64,000 nt of DNA. Source: Burkholderiales bacterium. GTDB lineage: Bacteria; Pseudomonadota; Gammaproteobacteria; Burkholderiales; JAHFRG01. The position numbers and the translations under genes were made by a program. Under the pieces are notes generated by a model. It did no database searches. It was given only the letters and a program-made list of their open reading frames with translations, and was not told the DNA's origin. Shown here piece by piece: positions 42,200 through 52,196 of the stretch. The stretch is from assembly GCA_035518095.1 (NCBI GenBank), contig DATIXX010000005.1, positions 421-64,420 of the forward strand, given 5' to 3'. Within the stretch, counting starts at the first letter, position 1; each line of letters starts with the position of its first letter.

Positions 42200-42940
42200 G
42201 TGCAAGGCAAAGTCGTCCTGATCACCGGGGGAGCAAGGCGGGTGGGGGCAGCAATTTGCCGATACATGCACGCGCACGGCGCCAGCATCATGGTGCACTA
42301 TCGCACTTCGGCAAAGGAAGCCCGCGCCCTGCAAGCGGAACTCAATCTTCAGCGCGCTGATTCGGTGGCGCTGGTCCAAGCAGATCTTCTAAATTTACCA
42401 ATGCTTCCAAACTTGGTAGGCGATACCGTGAAACATTTTGGAAAACTGGACGTAGTAATCAATAACGCTTCCAGTTTTTTCCCCACGGCGGTAGGTGAAA
42501 TCAATAACAAGGCCTGGGATGATCTTATCGGCACTAACCTGAAAGCGCCGCTGTTCCTGCTGCAGGCGGCGGCGGCGCAACTGAAAAAGAATCACGGCTG
42601 CATTGTCAACATTGTGGATATCCACGCAGAGCGGCCGATGAAAAATTACGTGGTGTACAGTACCGCGAAGGCCGGTCTGGTAAACCTGACACGTTCTCTG
42701 GCGCGCGAGCTCGCCCCTGAAGTTCGGGTAAACGGAGTGGCGCCGGGCGCAATCATCTGGCCTGAGGATGAAGCATGGTCTGACGAATTATCGCGCCAGC
42801 GCATTATCAACTCCACGCTTTTAAAGCGGGTCGGGGAACCAGAAGACATCGCGAAGGCGGTCTATTTCCTGATTGCCGACGCGCCTTACATCACCGGACA
42901 AATCATTGCTGTCGACGGCGGCAGGAGTATCAATATATGA
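42200..42940 (+). CDS. Short-chain dehydrogenase, pteridine reductase-like
   Basis: 246 aa with GTG start. VVLITGGARRVGAAI, NNAS and Y..AK catalytic motifs. Confidence 0.75.
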   Translation: MQGKVVLITGGARRVGAAICRYMHAHGASIMVHYRTSAKEARALQAELNLQRADSVALVQADLLNLPMLPNLVGDTVKHFGKLDVVINNASSFFPTAVGEINNKAWDDLIGTNLKAPLFLLQAAAAQLKKNHGCIVNIVDIHAERPMKNYVVYSTAKAGLVNLTRSLARELAPEVRVNGVAPGAIIWPEDEAWSDELSRQRIINSTLLKRVGEPEDIAKAVYFLIADAPYITGQIIAVDGGRSINI

Positions 42941-43099
42941 GCAAACTTCAGGTCTCGCCCTTAACGGTTCGCTACGCGTCGCTTGCGCCGCTCACCCGCC
43001 TCTGGGCTCAGTTGCTCAGTGTTGTCGCGCATTGACCAATGGCGGGAGCATAGCCATGCCAAATATCACGAGTCGCGAATTTGCGGAGCAGGGCCAAAT

Positions 43100-43843
43100 A
43101 TGCATGCTGAACCGATCAAACCACCGCGCTCCTTGCTGAGTCTGGCCGGCCAAGCCATCGCCGACTACGCCATGATACGCCCGGGCGATCGCGTGTTACT
43201 CGGGCTTTCCGGTGGCAAGGACAGTTTGTCGCTGTTGCATGTATTACTTAATCTCAAGAACAAGTCGCCTGTGAAATTTGACCTGGCTGCCGCGACTGTG
43301 GATCCACAGTCGCCGGAATATCATCCGGAACCGCTCAAGGCCTTAATGAAGAAACTGGGGGTTACGTATTTTTATGAAAGTTATCCGGTACTGGAGCTTG
43401 CTAAACTAAAAATGGGCAACGATTCATTTTGCGCATTTTGCTCGCGCATGCGGCGCGGCATGCTGTACGGGGCGGCTCGACGCGAAGGCTATAACGTGCT
43501 GGCGCTGGCTCAACATCTGGATGACCTTGCCGAAACTTTCATGATGAGCGCGATGTTCGGGGGAAAGCTGCGCACCATGCGCGCGCATTATGTCAACGAA
43601 GATGGGGATGTCCGGGTGATTCGCCCTTTTATTTACGTGCGCGAGCGCCAGACGGCAGCGTTCGCCAAGAGTGCAGGTCTGCCGGTTATAGCCGAAAACT
43701 GCCCGGCGTGTTTTGCCATGCCCATGCAGCGCTGGCAAATGAAGCAGAGGTTGGCGCAGTTCGAGGCGGCCAACAGCAAAATATTCGCCAATTTGCTCAC
43801 TGCCATGCGGCCGCTGCTCACGGCAACACGGGCGGATGACTAG
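43100..43843 (+). CDS. ttcA: tRNA 2-thiocytidine(32) synthetase TtcA family (PP-loop ATPase)
   Basis: ORF 42983, trimmed to the ATG at 43100. LGLSGGKDSLSLL PP-loop, with the FCAFCSRMRRG and NCPAC cysteine pairs. Confidence 0.85.
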   Translation: MHAEPIKPPRSLLSLAGQAIADYAMIRPGDRVLLGLSGGKDSLSLLHVLLNLKNKSPVKFDLAAATVDPQSPEYHPEPLKALMKKLGVTYFYESYPVLELAKLKMGNDSFCAFCSRMRRGMLYGAARREGYNVLALAQHLDDLAETFMMSAMFGGKLRTMRAHYVNEDGDVRVIRPFIYVRERQTAAFAKSAGLPVIAENCPACFAMPMQRWQMKQRLAQFEAANSKIFANLLTAMRPLLTATRADD

Positions 43844-43942
43844 GGCGGGTCAATTGATTCGGCTATTCGCGTGGTGCAGCGGTTACAGCGTGCAATAAAA
43901 AGAATTGAGCCCCGAATCAACATAACTTCGCGAAAAGAGCCG

Positions 43943-44590
43943 TTAGCTGCGCCGTCGTGGCCGGTACTCCAGCAACGCTCCGGCCTTGCGCTCCATTGCA
44001 TCGCGGCGGTACAGGAGACGCACTTGTTTGCTGGTGACAAGCGGATAGTGCCGGATTCCATCTAATAGTTTGGGAATATCCCAGCAATTGCTACCGTTGG
44101 TCACCCAAACCCGCGGGTCTATGGTGCGCAGATTGAAAGCCCGAGAGTAACTACGCAGCGTAAGCTCGCCTCTCTTGTTAGCGTACTCATGAAAGTAAGA
44201 CATCGAAAGCTCGCGCAGTGTCCGATACACCGGATTGCGATAGCGCAATTGCGCATGATTGGACTTTGAAATCGCACCCCAATAGTCGCCGCGGCGAAAC
44301 AGCGCGACAACATGATCGAAATCACGCGCGGCCTTGAGATCCAGCAATAATGGGGGTTCGCCGTGAATCCACAGAGCGCAAGCCGCAAGCATGGCCCCCT
44401 CGAGGCAATGTGCATGGCGTCGCGTCAGAACCTGGCGCACCGAAAGACAGGTGTCCCCGTTGCGCTCGAAGTTTATGCGAAGCCCATTGACAAAATTCTG
44501 TATTTTGTGCGGCGTGGAAAGCCTGCTAAGGATGGCGTACTCAGCTCTTGTTAAGCCGAGGTCCAGGCGGCGCGCGGTACGCATTTTCAT
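43943..44590 (-). CDS. Hypothetical protein with papain/transglutaminase-like Cys..His arrangement
   Basis: 215-aa ORF with ATG start. HAHCLEGAMLAACALW, then DFDHVVALF about 30 residues later and WGAISKSN. No family confidently recognised. Confidence 0.6.
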   Translation of the reverse strand: MKMRTARRLDLGLTRAEYAILSRLSTPHKIQNFVNGLRINFERNGDTCLSVRQVLTRRHAHCLEGAMLAACALWIHGEPPLLLDLKAARDFDHVVALFRRGDYWGAISKSNHAQLRYRNPVYRTLRELSMSYFHEYANKRGELTLRSYSRAFNLRTIDPRVWVTNGSNCWDIPKLLDGIRHYPLVTSKQVRLLYRRDAMERKAGALLEYRPRRRS

Positions 44591-44792
44591 TCAATCGATC
44601 CCCACTTTAGATGCGAGTGCTCACTTACGATTTTCAAGCTCGGGCTCGAGGGCTCTTACAAAGCGTGCGGACAGCTCAGGTGTGTCCCACACTTGTCAAG
44701 ATTCTCCGCCAGCGCTTAGCCCGGCGCGTCCTGACGCGCTACACGCGCAGAATGAGTGTTGGACATCAGCGCAGGGGAGCTGCCCTGCGTAT

Positions 44793-45080
44793 TTAGATTT
44801 GCAAGTGTCTCCAATACCAGCGGCAGTCCATAGGGTTCGTAACGCGCCCCCCGCCAATTATTTGGCCTACGCAAATGCGCAAACCCAGCGGGGGCAACCA
44901 GTTTTGCTGCTGTTCCTTCACCTGTATCCAGGCGCCCTGACTCGCGACAATTTCCACCGTGCTTGGTTCGGGCGGGATGGGATTGGTCTTGGCGTTGGTG
45001 AATGGCGCGTCCTCAAGTTCGGTGCGGAGCAACGTGTAGCCGTATTCCGCGAACAATAAAAAAGCGCAAGCATAATCCAC
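44793..45080 (-). CDS. Hypothetical ORF (possible SH3-like segment)
   Basis: 95 aa with GTG start and no clear SD. VEIVASQGAWIQVKEQQQNWLP is vaguely SH3_3-like. Confidence 0.25.
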   Translation of the reverse strand: MDYACAFLLFAEYGYTLLRTELEDAPFTNAKTNPIPPEPSTVEIVASQGAWIQVKEQQQNWLPPLGLRICVGQIIGGGRVTNPMDCRWYWRHLQI

Positions 45081-45107
45081 TCACCCCGTCTGTCAACTTA
45101 TTTGGGC

Positions 45108-45440
45108 TCAAACAGGTTGACTTTCTGCGCACGCCTTTGACTCGATAAGTTCCGGGCCGGCATAGTCAAACGCCCGGCTCGAGTAGCTTGCGCTGTCGCT
45201 GCAAACCAGGATCCGCCTCACGTCCTTGGCGCGGCTTTCGATATTTCGATAAGCCCGCGGGGTGACGGGATTGCCAATGACCGTGAAACCCAGCATTTGA
45301 CCGCTCGGCAATCGCACGGTTTGCCCCCAGTCAATTAACCGCTTGACTGCGCGCGGATCCAGAATTCGCTTGAGAATGTGCAGTACATGCTCGCCCGCCC
45401 TAGGTTCTTTAAGCGGCGAATCAAGCGTGGATGCGGACAC
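45108..45440 (-). CDS. Hypothetical ORF
   Basis: 110 aa with GTG start and no SD. Codon pattern looks coding. A 60-aa ORF in another frame (45335..45517) could be its displaced N-terminus. Confidence 0.3.
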   Translation of the reverse strand: MSASTLDSPLKEPRAGEHVLHILKRILDPRAVKRLIDWGQTVRLPSGQMLGFTVIGNPVTPRAYRNIESRAKDVRRILVCSDSASYSSRAFDYAGPELIESKACAESQPV

Positions 45441-45527
45441 TGGAAAATAGCCATCGCAACGCCATCAAGCATCGCCAACGCAATGAGGTTAAAAAAATCC
45501 TCCAAGCAATGCCGCATGCGACATGGG

Positions 45528-46373
45528 TTACAAACCCAGACGCTGCCAGATTGTGGTGGTAAGACCGGCCTGGTTCAGCGTATAGAAGTGCAGGCCTGGC
45601 GCACCGGCGGAGAGCAGATGGTCGCAGAGTTGAGTGACAATATCGAGACCGAAGGCGCGGATGGAAGCGGTATCGTCGCCAAAACCTTCCAGCTTCTTGC
45701 GAATCCAGCGCGGAATTTCCGCGCCGCAGTTATCCGAAAAGCGCGCAAGCTGAGCGAACTTGTTAATAGGCATGATGCCGGGGACAATCGGAATATTGAG
45801 TCCCGAAGCTTCGCATGCGTCGACAAATGCATAGTAGCTGTCCGCATTAAAAAAATACTGGGTGATTGCGGAATCGGCTCCTGCTTCAATCTTGCGTTTG
45901 AAATTTCGGATGTCTTCCTGGGCAGAGCGCGCCTGGGGGTGGAATTCAGGATAGCAGGCTACTTCGATGTGGAACGCATTCCCGTATTCCTTGCGGATGA
46001 ATTCCACCAATTCGTTGGCGTAGCGGAATTCCCCAGTCGACGCCATGCCGGAAGGCAGGTCACCGCGCAACGCGACGATGCGCTTGATTCCGATGGCGCG
46101 GTACTGGTCAAGGACCGAGCGGATCGTTTGCCGCGCAGAACTGATGCATGAGATATGCGGTGCCGCATTTAAGCCCTCGCGCTGGATTTCCAGCACCGTC
46201 TCCAGCGTGCGGTCGCGGGTTGAGCCTCCAGCACCGAAGGTTACCGAAAAGAATTCCGGCTTAAGCTGCGCGAGCTGCTTGCGGGTTGCGCGCAGTTTTT
46301 CCACTCCTTGCGGCGTCTGTGGTGGAAAAAATTCGAAACTAAACATGCGGGGAAATTGTTTTTGCGATTGCAT
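45528..46373 (-). CDS. metF: Methylenetetrahydrofolate reductase
   Basis: 281 aa. FSFEFFPP, VTFGAGGSTRD and ALRGD motifs. Confidence 0.93.
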   Translation of the reverse strand: MQSQKQFPRMFSFEFFPPQTPQGVEKLRATRKQLAQLKPEFFSVTFGAGGSTRDRTLETVLEIQREGLNAAPHISCISSARQTIRSVLDQYRAIGIKRIVALRGDLPSGMASTGEFRYANELVEFIRKEYGNAFHIEVACYPEFHPQARSAQEDIRNFKRKIEAGADSAITQYFFNADSYYAFVDACEASGLNIPIVPGIMPINKFAQLARFSDNCGAEIPRWIRKKLEGFGDDTASIRAFGLDIVTQLCDHLLSAGAPGLHFYTLNQAGLTTTIWQRLGL

Positions 46374-46440
46374 CTTTTACCCCGACGGCGGGAAGAAGCG
46401 GAGATAAGCGATTTATGTCAGGCTTTGCAGCGGCCCAAAA

Positions 46441-47856
46441 TTAATAACGATAATGTTCGGGCTTGAACGGACCACCCTTGTTGACACCGATGTATCTGGC
46501 CTGCTGTTCGGTAAGTTCGGTGAGTTTGGCGCCGACTTTATTTAAATGCAGCCGCGCTACCCTCTCGTCCAAATGCTTGGGCAGCACGTAAACTTTTCTC
46601 TCGTACTTCGCACCGTGCTGCCACAACTCTATCTGGGCCATCACTTGGTTGGTGAAGGAGTTGGACATTACGAAGCTGGGATGCCCGGTGGCGCACCCCA
46701 AATTCACAAGTCTTCCCTCGGCGAGCACGATGAGGCGCTTGCCGTCCGGAAAAATAACATGATCTACCTGCGGTTTGATGTTTTCCCACTTGTACTGGCG
46801 CAGTGATGCAATGTCAATTTCCGAATCAAAATGGCCGATGTTGCAGACGATTGCGTTATGTTTCATTCGTTTCATATGCTCGTGGGTGATGACATGGAAG
46901 TTGCCGGTGGCAGTGACGAAAATATCGGCCTTGTCGGCTGCATCCTCCATCGTCACCACGCTGTACCCCGCCATCATCGCTTGCAACGCGCAAATAGGAT
47001 CAATTTCGGTAATCCAAACTCTCGCCCCGAGGCCGCCGAGTGACTGCGCACAACCCTTGCCTACGTCGCCGTAGCCGCAGATTAACGCTATTTTGCCTGC
47101 GATCATAACGTCGGTAGCACGTTTGATGCCATCCACCAGCGATTCGCGGCAGCCGTACAGGTTGTCGAATTTGGATTTGGTTACCGAGTCATTGACATTG
47201 ATTGCAGTGAAAGGCAGGCGTCCTTCCTTCTGCATCTGATATAGGCGCTTGACGCCGGTCGTGGTTTCTTCAGTCACACCCTTGATATTCGCCAAAGCCC
47301 TACCGTACCAGCCCGGCTTGGCTTCAAGCCGCTTTTTTATTGATGCAAACAAGGCACGTTCTTCGTCGCTCGCCGGTTTGGCGATGACTGAAGGATCTTT
47401 TTCCGCTTGCGCACCTAGCACGACCAGCAGCGTGGCATCGCCGCCGTCATCCAAGATCATGTTCGGAAAACCACCGTCGCCCCACTCAAAAAGCCGGTGC
47501 GTGAATTCCCAGTATTCATCCAGCGATTCGCCTTTGAAAGCGAACACCGGCGTGCCTGCGGCTGCCATCGCCGCCGCCGCGTGATCCTGCGTGGAATAGA
47601 TGTTACATGAAGCCCAGCGCACCTGTGCACCGAGGATTTTCAGCGTCTCAATCAACACTGCAGTCTGAATAGTCATGTGCAAAGACCCTGCAATGCGTGC
47701 GTTTTTCAGCGGCTGCTGCGCGCGAAATTCCTCGCGCACCGTCATCAGTCCAGGCATCTCGGTTTCAGCAATTGCGATTTCCTTGCGGCCCCACGAGGCC
47801 AGCGAAAGATCCGCAACCCGGTAATCGGTGAATCCGGAATCAAGTACCGCGCTCAT
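46441..47856 (-). CDS. ahcY: Adenosylhomocysteinase
   Basis: ORF trimmed to the ATG at 47856 ([27 protein letters not shown]). [11 protein letters not shown] site and C-terminal KPEHYRY. Confidence 0.96.
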   Translation of the reverse strand: MSAVLDSGFTDYRVADLSLASWGRKEIAIAETEMPGLMTVREEFRAQQPLKNARIAGSLHMTIQTAVLIETLKILGAQVRWASCNIYSTQDHAAAAMAAAGTPVFAFKGESLDEYWEFTHRLFEWGDGGFPNMILDDGGDATLLVVLGAQAEKDPSVIAKPASDEERALFASIKKRLEAKPGWYGRALANIKGVTEETTTGVKRLYQMQKEGRLPFTAINVNDSVTKSKFDNLYGCRESLVDGIKRATDVMIAGKIALICGYGDVGKGCAQSLGGLGARVWITEIDPICALQAMMAGYSVVTMEDAADKADIFVTATGNFHVITHEHMKRMKHNAIVCNIGHFDSEIDIASLRQYKWENIKPQVDHVIFPDGKRLIVLAEGRLVNLGCATGHPSFVMSNSFTNQVMAQIELWQHGAKYERKVYVLPKHLDERVARLHLNKVGAKLTELTEQQARYIGVNKGGPFKPEHYRY

Positions 47857-47892
47857 TCGGTCTGCTCCTTGCCATGCGTGCCGCACTGCGTG

Positions 47893-49074
47893 CTAAGCCA
47901 CCTGGGTTTCAAGTGTGCGGCCGGCATCCATCCGCAGCAGTTCGACTTTGTCGGTGTACTCCCAGGTAAATTCAGGTTCGTCACGGCCGAAGTGTCCGTA
48001 GGCAGCGGTCTTGTGATATATGGGGCGCAATAGATCGAGCGCATGGATAATCCCTTTCGGGCGCAGGTCAAAATGTGCCTGGATAAGCTTAATGATTTTG
48101 TCGTCGCTAATCGTGCCGGTGCCAAACGTATTGACCGCCAGCGACACGGGACGTGCCATGCCAATTGCATAAGCGACTTGTACCAAGCATTTGCTTGCAA
48201 GCTTTGCCGCCACGATGTTTTTTGCCACGTAGCGCGCGGCGTAAGCAGCAGAACGGTCTACTTTCGAAGGGTCCTTGCCGGAAAATGCGCCACCGCCGTG
48301 CGGCGCTGCGCCGCCGTAAGTATCAACGATAATCTTGCGCCCGGTAAGCCCCGCATCGCCCATCGGCCCGCCGATTACGAAACGCCCCGTGGGATTAACC
48401 AGGTAGCGCGTATCTTTGAGCATGGCTTTGGGCAGCACCGGCTTGATGATTTCCTCGACAACCGCTTCACAGACGCGCGGGTGTTCAATGTCTGGCGCGT
48501 GTTGCGTGGAAAGCACGACGGTATCAATTAGCTTCGGCTTGTTGTCGACGTAGCGAATTGTGATCTGCGATTTGGCATCGGGTCTTAGCCACGGGAGCCG
48601 TCCGTCACGGCGTACCTCTGCTTGACGCTCCACCAGTCGGTGTGCCAGATAAATTGGCATGGGCATCAGCGCCGGCGTTTCGTCGCAAGCATATCCGAAC
48701 ATCAGTCCCTGGTCGCCCGCGCCCTGTTCCAGATCCAGCCCATGTCCTTCATCAACGCCCTGGGCGATGTCGCCGGACTGTTTGCCGAATGAAGCAAGCA
48801 CCGAACAGCTCCGATAGTCGAAGCCAATTTCCGAGCTGTCGTAGCCGATGCGTTTCACGGTTTGGCGGGCTACAGCATTGTAGTCGACAGTTGCGTGCGT
48901 TGTTATCTCCCCGGCCATCAGCACCAGGCCAGTCGTAACCAGCGTCTCACAAGCTACCCGCGCGCGCGGGTCCTGAGCTATGATAGCGTCCAAAACGGCG
49001 TCCGACACTTGATCCGCGATCTTGTCTGGGTGCCCTTCCGAAACTGATTCGGAAGTAAACAGGTATTCATTCAT
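47893..49074 (-). CDS. metK: S-adenosylmethionine synthetase
   Basis: ORF trimmed to the ATG at 49074. [30 protein letters not shown] and [16 protein letters not shown]. Confidence 0.97.
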   Translation of the reverse strand: MNEYLFTSESVSEGHPDKIADQVSDAVLDAIIAQDPRARVACETLVTTGLVLMAGEITTHATVDYNAVARQTVKRIGYDSSEIGFDYRSCSVLASFGKQSGDIAQGVDEGHGLDLEQGAGDQGLMFGYACDETPALMPMPIYLAHRLVERQAEVRRDGRLPWLRPDAKSQITIRYVDNKPKLIDTVVLSTQHAPDIEHPRVCEAVVEEIIKPVLPKAMLKDTRYLVNPTGRFVIGGPMGDAGLTGRKIIVDTYGGAAPHGGGAFSGKDPSKVDRSAAYAARYVAKNIVAAKLASKCLVQVAYAIGMARPVSLAVNTFGTGTISDDKIIKLIQAHFDLRPKGIIHALDLLRPIYHKTAAYGHFGRDEPEFTWEYTDKVELLRMDAGRTLETQVA

Positions 49075-49215
49075 GGTGATCTCTTTATCCGCTCCGCCGA
49101 TAAAAGGATTTCTAGGATACCAAATAAGCCTCAATAACGAAAGACGATTTCCCTCTGTATTCGCGTCGCGATGGGCGATCTTTGGGTTAGCGGCAAGCGT
49201 TAGACGGTGGGAAAA

Positions 49216-50085
49216 ATGATAGTTCGAATCGGCGTCGCTCTCGTGTGGCTCTTACACTTTCTGCCTCTTCGAGTTTTGGCCAAGCTTGGTGAGTGGACAG
49301 GCGTGTTGTTGCTTAGGCTCGGGCATGAACGGCGTGAGGTCGCGCGCACCAACTTGCGGCTGTGTTTCCCGCAATTGAGCGAGGAACGACGGGAGTACAT
49401 ATTACGCAGACATTTTCGCGCGTTTGGACGCAATCTTCTGGAACATGGCATTCTGTGGTGGTCATCGCGCGAGCGAATTAAAAAACTGGTGCGCATCGAA
49501 GGCCTGGAAAATTGGCAGGCGGCTAAGGATAAACCGGTTATCTGGCTGGCGCCGCATTTCGTCGGCCTTGATATGGGCGGTTCGCGTCTTCACGCAGAAT
49601 TCTCAGGGATCTCCATGTATAGTCAGCAGAAACATTCACTGGTGAACGCGTTGCTTCTGCACGGGCGGACGCGTTTCGGTGGCTCCATATTGGTTTCACG
49701 CCACGAAGGGATACGCCCGGTGATCAAGGCATTACACGATGGCGTGCCATTCTATTACCTTCCTGACATGGATTACGGGCCGCGTGAATCGCTGTTTGTG
49801 CCCTTCTTCGGTGTGCCGGCCGCAACGATTCCGACCCTATCGCGGCTGGCGCGCATAACCGGTGCCAAAGTCGTGCCGTGCGTTACGCGCCAGCTTCAGG
49901 GTGGCGAGGGCTACGTTCTCAAATTTTATCCGGCGTGGGACCATTTCCCGGGTGCGAGTATCGAAGACGATACCCGGCGCATGAATGCGTTTATCGAACA
50001 GCGTGTGTTGGAGATGCCGGAGCAATATTTCTGGTTGCACAAGCGCTTTAAGACGCGTCCTCAGGGAGAATCAAAGCCTTATTAA
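49216..50085 (+). CDS. Lipid A biosynthesis (Kdo)2-lipid IVA acyltransferase family (LpxL/HtrB-like)
   Basis: ORF 49207 (GTG), with ATG at 49216 preferred. N-terminal membrane anchor, RTNL..CFP, APHF..D (HX4D-type) and YFWLHKRFK. Confidence 0.85.
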   Translation: MIVRIGVALVWLLHFLPLRVLAKLGEWTGVLLLRLGHERREVARTNLRLCFPQLSEERREYILRRHFRAFGRNLLEHGILWWSSRERIKKLVRIEGLENWQAAKDKPVIWLAPHFVGLDMGGSRLHAEFSGISMYSQQKHSLVNALLLHGRTRFGGSILVSRHEGIRPVIKALHDGVPFYYLPDMDYGPRESLFVPFFGVPAATIPTLSRLARITGAKVVPCVTRQLQGGEGYVLKFYPAWDHFPGASIEDDTRRMNAFIEQRVLEMPEQYFWLHKRFKTRPQGESKPY

Positions 50086-50298
50086 ATTAATACTAAAAAT
50101 CTATATCGGCGCGCAGTTCTGTCCATCAATAACAGCATTTCCAGAATTCGTGATGTTGAATCCTGTTATTCTTGCGAGAGCATGTCGGCACTCGCTAATT
50201 TTGTATGTCGGAGGTCGTGGCAGACGAGGACAAACCCGGTTTTCCCTTGGTCTAAGACGCCGGGCCAAGTGCCGTGAATTGCTTCGATTTGTCGCTAA

Positions 50299-51129
50299 AT
50301 GCTCATAAAATTCACTAAAATGCAAGGATTGGGCAATGACTTCGTTGTTTTAGACGGGATTTCACAACGTATTGCCCTTTCTTCCGATCAGATCTCCAAA
50401 ATGGCGGACCGCCATTTTGGCGTCGGTTGCGACCAGGTCCTGTTAGTTGAAAGAGCTGTTCGTGAAGACGCTGATTTCAGATATCGGATTTTCAATGCCG
50501 ACGGCGTCGAGGTCGAACAATGCGGTAACGGTGCGCGTTGCTTTCTGCGCTTTGTGCTGGAAAAGGGGCTTACGCATAAACGGGAGCTTCGTGTTGAAAC
50601 GGCAAGCGGAATCATTGTTCCCCGCATGGATGACGGTGACAACGTGATAGTAAACATGGGTGTGCCCCGCTTCGCGCCTGAAGAAATTCCGTTCAAAGCG
50701 AAGAAGCGTGCACTAACTTACTCGCTCTCCGTTAAAAACCGGCGGGTTGAGATCAATGCGTTATCCATGGGTAACCCGCATGCAGTACAGGTCGTGAAAA
50801 ACGTGGATACGGCGCCAGTGTCGAGCCAAGGGCCCCTGATTGAAAAGCACGTGCGCTTTCCAGAGAAGGCAAATGCCGGTTATATGCAGGTTGTAAATCG
50901 CCGCCGCGTCAAGCTCAGGGTATACGAACGCGGAGTAGGCGAGACACTTTCCTGCGGCAGCGGAGCCTGCGCGGCGGTAGTTGCCGGAATTCAGCGTGGG
51001 CGGCTCGACAACTCCGTGGTCGTGGAAACGCGGGGAGGAGAACTTAGCGTGCGGTGGGACGGTGAGGGAAAGCCGGTCTGGATGTCCGCAGGCGCGGCAA
51101 CGGTATTTGAAGGCATTATTGATATCTAG
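50299..51129 (+). CDS. dapF: Diaminopimelate epimerase
   Basis: 276 aa. [15 protein letters not shown], with catalytic Cys contexts QCGNGARC and LSCGSGA. Confidence 0.95.
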   Translation: MLIKFTKMQGLGNDFVVLDGISQRIALSSDQISKMADRHFGVGCDQVLLVERAVREDADFRYRIFNADGVEVEQCGNGARCFLRFVLEKGLTHKRELRVETASGIIVPRMDDGDNVIVNMGVPRFAPEEIPFKAKKRALTYSLSVKNRRVEINALSMGNPHAVQVVKNVDTAPVSSQGPLIEKHVRFPEKANAGYMQVVNRRRVKLRVYERGVGETLSCGSGACAAVVAGIQRGRLDNSVVVETRGGELSVRWDGEGKPVWMSAGAATVFEGIIDI

Positions 51130-51216
51130 AAAACCTTTGATTAAGTCCCGCGCGGCGGCAACCTCGGCTTTGCGGCGCGAAATAGGCGACGTGAGGCGCC
51201 GCCAATAGACACAATC

Positions 51217-51501
51217 CTACGCAAACGCAGCGAGGAAGCAGGGCGCAGGGACAAACCTCGCAATGTTTGGGTTGCGGTAAAATGTGACGTTTGCGTCGTG
51301 CTCGCCGGAGTGTGGAGCGTCATGACGCGCGACCGTGGAGGCGAACGCCGGTCCGCCCAAGCCAACGCAAAATAGGGAGCTGTAGCCCGCTTGGCTGCAC
51401 AGCTTCGCAAGCACCTCGCTGCGCGGGGCCTCGTCGTAGTCCAAGCCAAGCGCTTCGTCGCGCCGCGCACCCATTCGCATTTGGCCAGCAACGCGGATCA
51501 C
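51217..51501 (-). CDS. Orphan GC-rich ORF in the dapF/DUF484 spacer (coding status doubtful)
   Basis: 94 aa with GTG start. Third-position G/C is visibly higher than in the flanking genes. No recognisable motif. Confidence 0.2.
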   Translation of the reverse strand: MIRVAGQMRMGARRDEALGLDYDEAPRSEVLAKLCSQAGYSSLFCVGLGGPAFASTVARHDAPHSGEHDANVTFYRNPNIARFVPAPCFLAAFA

Positions 51502-51532
51502 GAAGGACTTATTAGAAGTTCCCTAAGAAAGG

Positions 51533-52186
51533 ATGAGAATGAAAACAAGACCAGCGGAGGTTGCGGCTTACCTCGAGGCGCATCCGGAATTTTTCGAGGA
51601 ATATGCAGATCTTCTCGCCGACATTTATATTCCGCATCCGCACGGCGGGCGGGCCATCCCGATCAGCGAGCGGCAGATTCTGACTCTGCGCGAAAGGAAT
51701 CACCAGCTCGAGGCAAAGCTCAGAGAGTTGATCCAGTTCGGCGAAGAAAACGACGCCATTGGCGAGCGCGTGCACCGCATCACACTTGCATTGGTTAATG
51801 CCCGCAGTCTGGAATCGCTGCTGCACTCAATTTATTTCAACCTGCGCGAGGATTTCGCTGTACCCCATGTAGCTCTTCGGCTCTGGGGGGTCAACGCCAC
51901 TCGGCAATTGCCCGAGTTCAGCCCGATAAGTGAAAAGTTGCGAGTTTTTTCCGGGACGCTGACCAACCCCCATTGCTGTGCTCAATTTGAAGGCGCAGAC
52001 TGGTTCGGTGAGGACGGGCCCAGACTGCGCTCGTTTGCGTTGGTCCCGCTTCGGTCCGAGCAGGTGTTTGGTTTGATCGCGCTCGCAAGTGAAGATGCCA
52101 AGCGGTTCTATCCAGAAATGGGTACGCTGTATTTAAAACGGCTGGGTGAACTGATCGCGGCTGCCGTGATGCGCTACTTGACCTAA
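51533..52186 (+). CDS. DUF484 (YigA-like) protein
   Basis: 217 aa. AAYLEAHPEFFEEY..ISERQILTLRERNHQLE, with a GAF-like C-terminus. It lies immediately upstream of xerC, as in E. coli dapF-yigA-xerC. Confidence 0.88.
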   Translation: MRMKTRPAEVAAYLEAHPEFFEEYADLLADIYIPHPHGGRAIPISERQILTLRERNHQLEAKLRELIQFGEENDAIGERVHRITLALVNARSLESLLHSIYFNLREDFAVPHVALRLWGVNATRQLPEFSPISEKLRVFSGTLTNPHCCAQFEGADWFGEDGPRLRSFALVPLRSEQVFGLIALASEDAKRFYPEMGTLYLKRLGELIAAAVMRYLT

Positions 52187-52196
52187 GGAGCAGGAA

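Noticed and set aside
43854-43920. 9-bp inverted repeat TTGATTCGG..CCGAATCAA in the ttcA/hypothetical convergent spacer, as a bidirectional terminator
   Set aside because: It has a 49-nt loop, no flanking T/A tracts and no supporting inner stem. This is too weak to call.
44391-45059. 222-aa plus-strand ORF across the orphan region
   Set aside because: Its product is Arg/Ser/Ala-rich and low-complexity. It overlaps the start of the 215-aa minus-strand gene, and no SD or motif is present.
47857-47892. SAH riboswitch in front of ahcY
   Set aside because: The metK-ahcY spacer is 36 nt, which cannot hold the element.
50086-50298. Small lipoprotein gene (LptM/YifL-like) expected upstream of dapF. 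A frame reads VMLNPVILARAC.
   Set aside because: There is an Arg at lipobox position -2. The downstream sequence is Arg-rich and lacks the CG.KGPLY motif, and the frame belongs to a read-through ORF overlapping the acyltransferase gene end.
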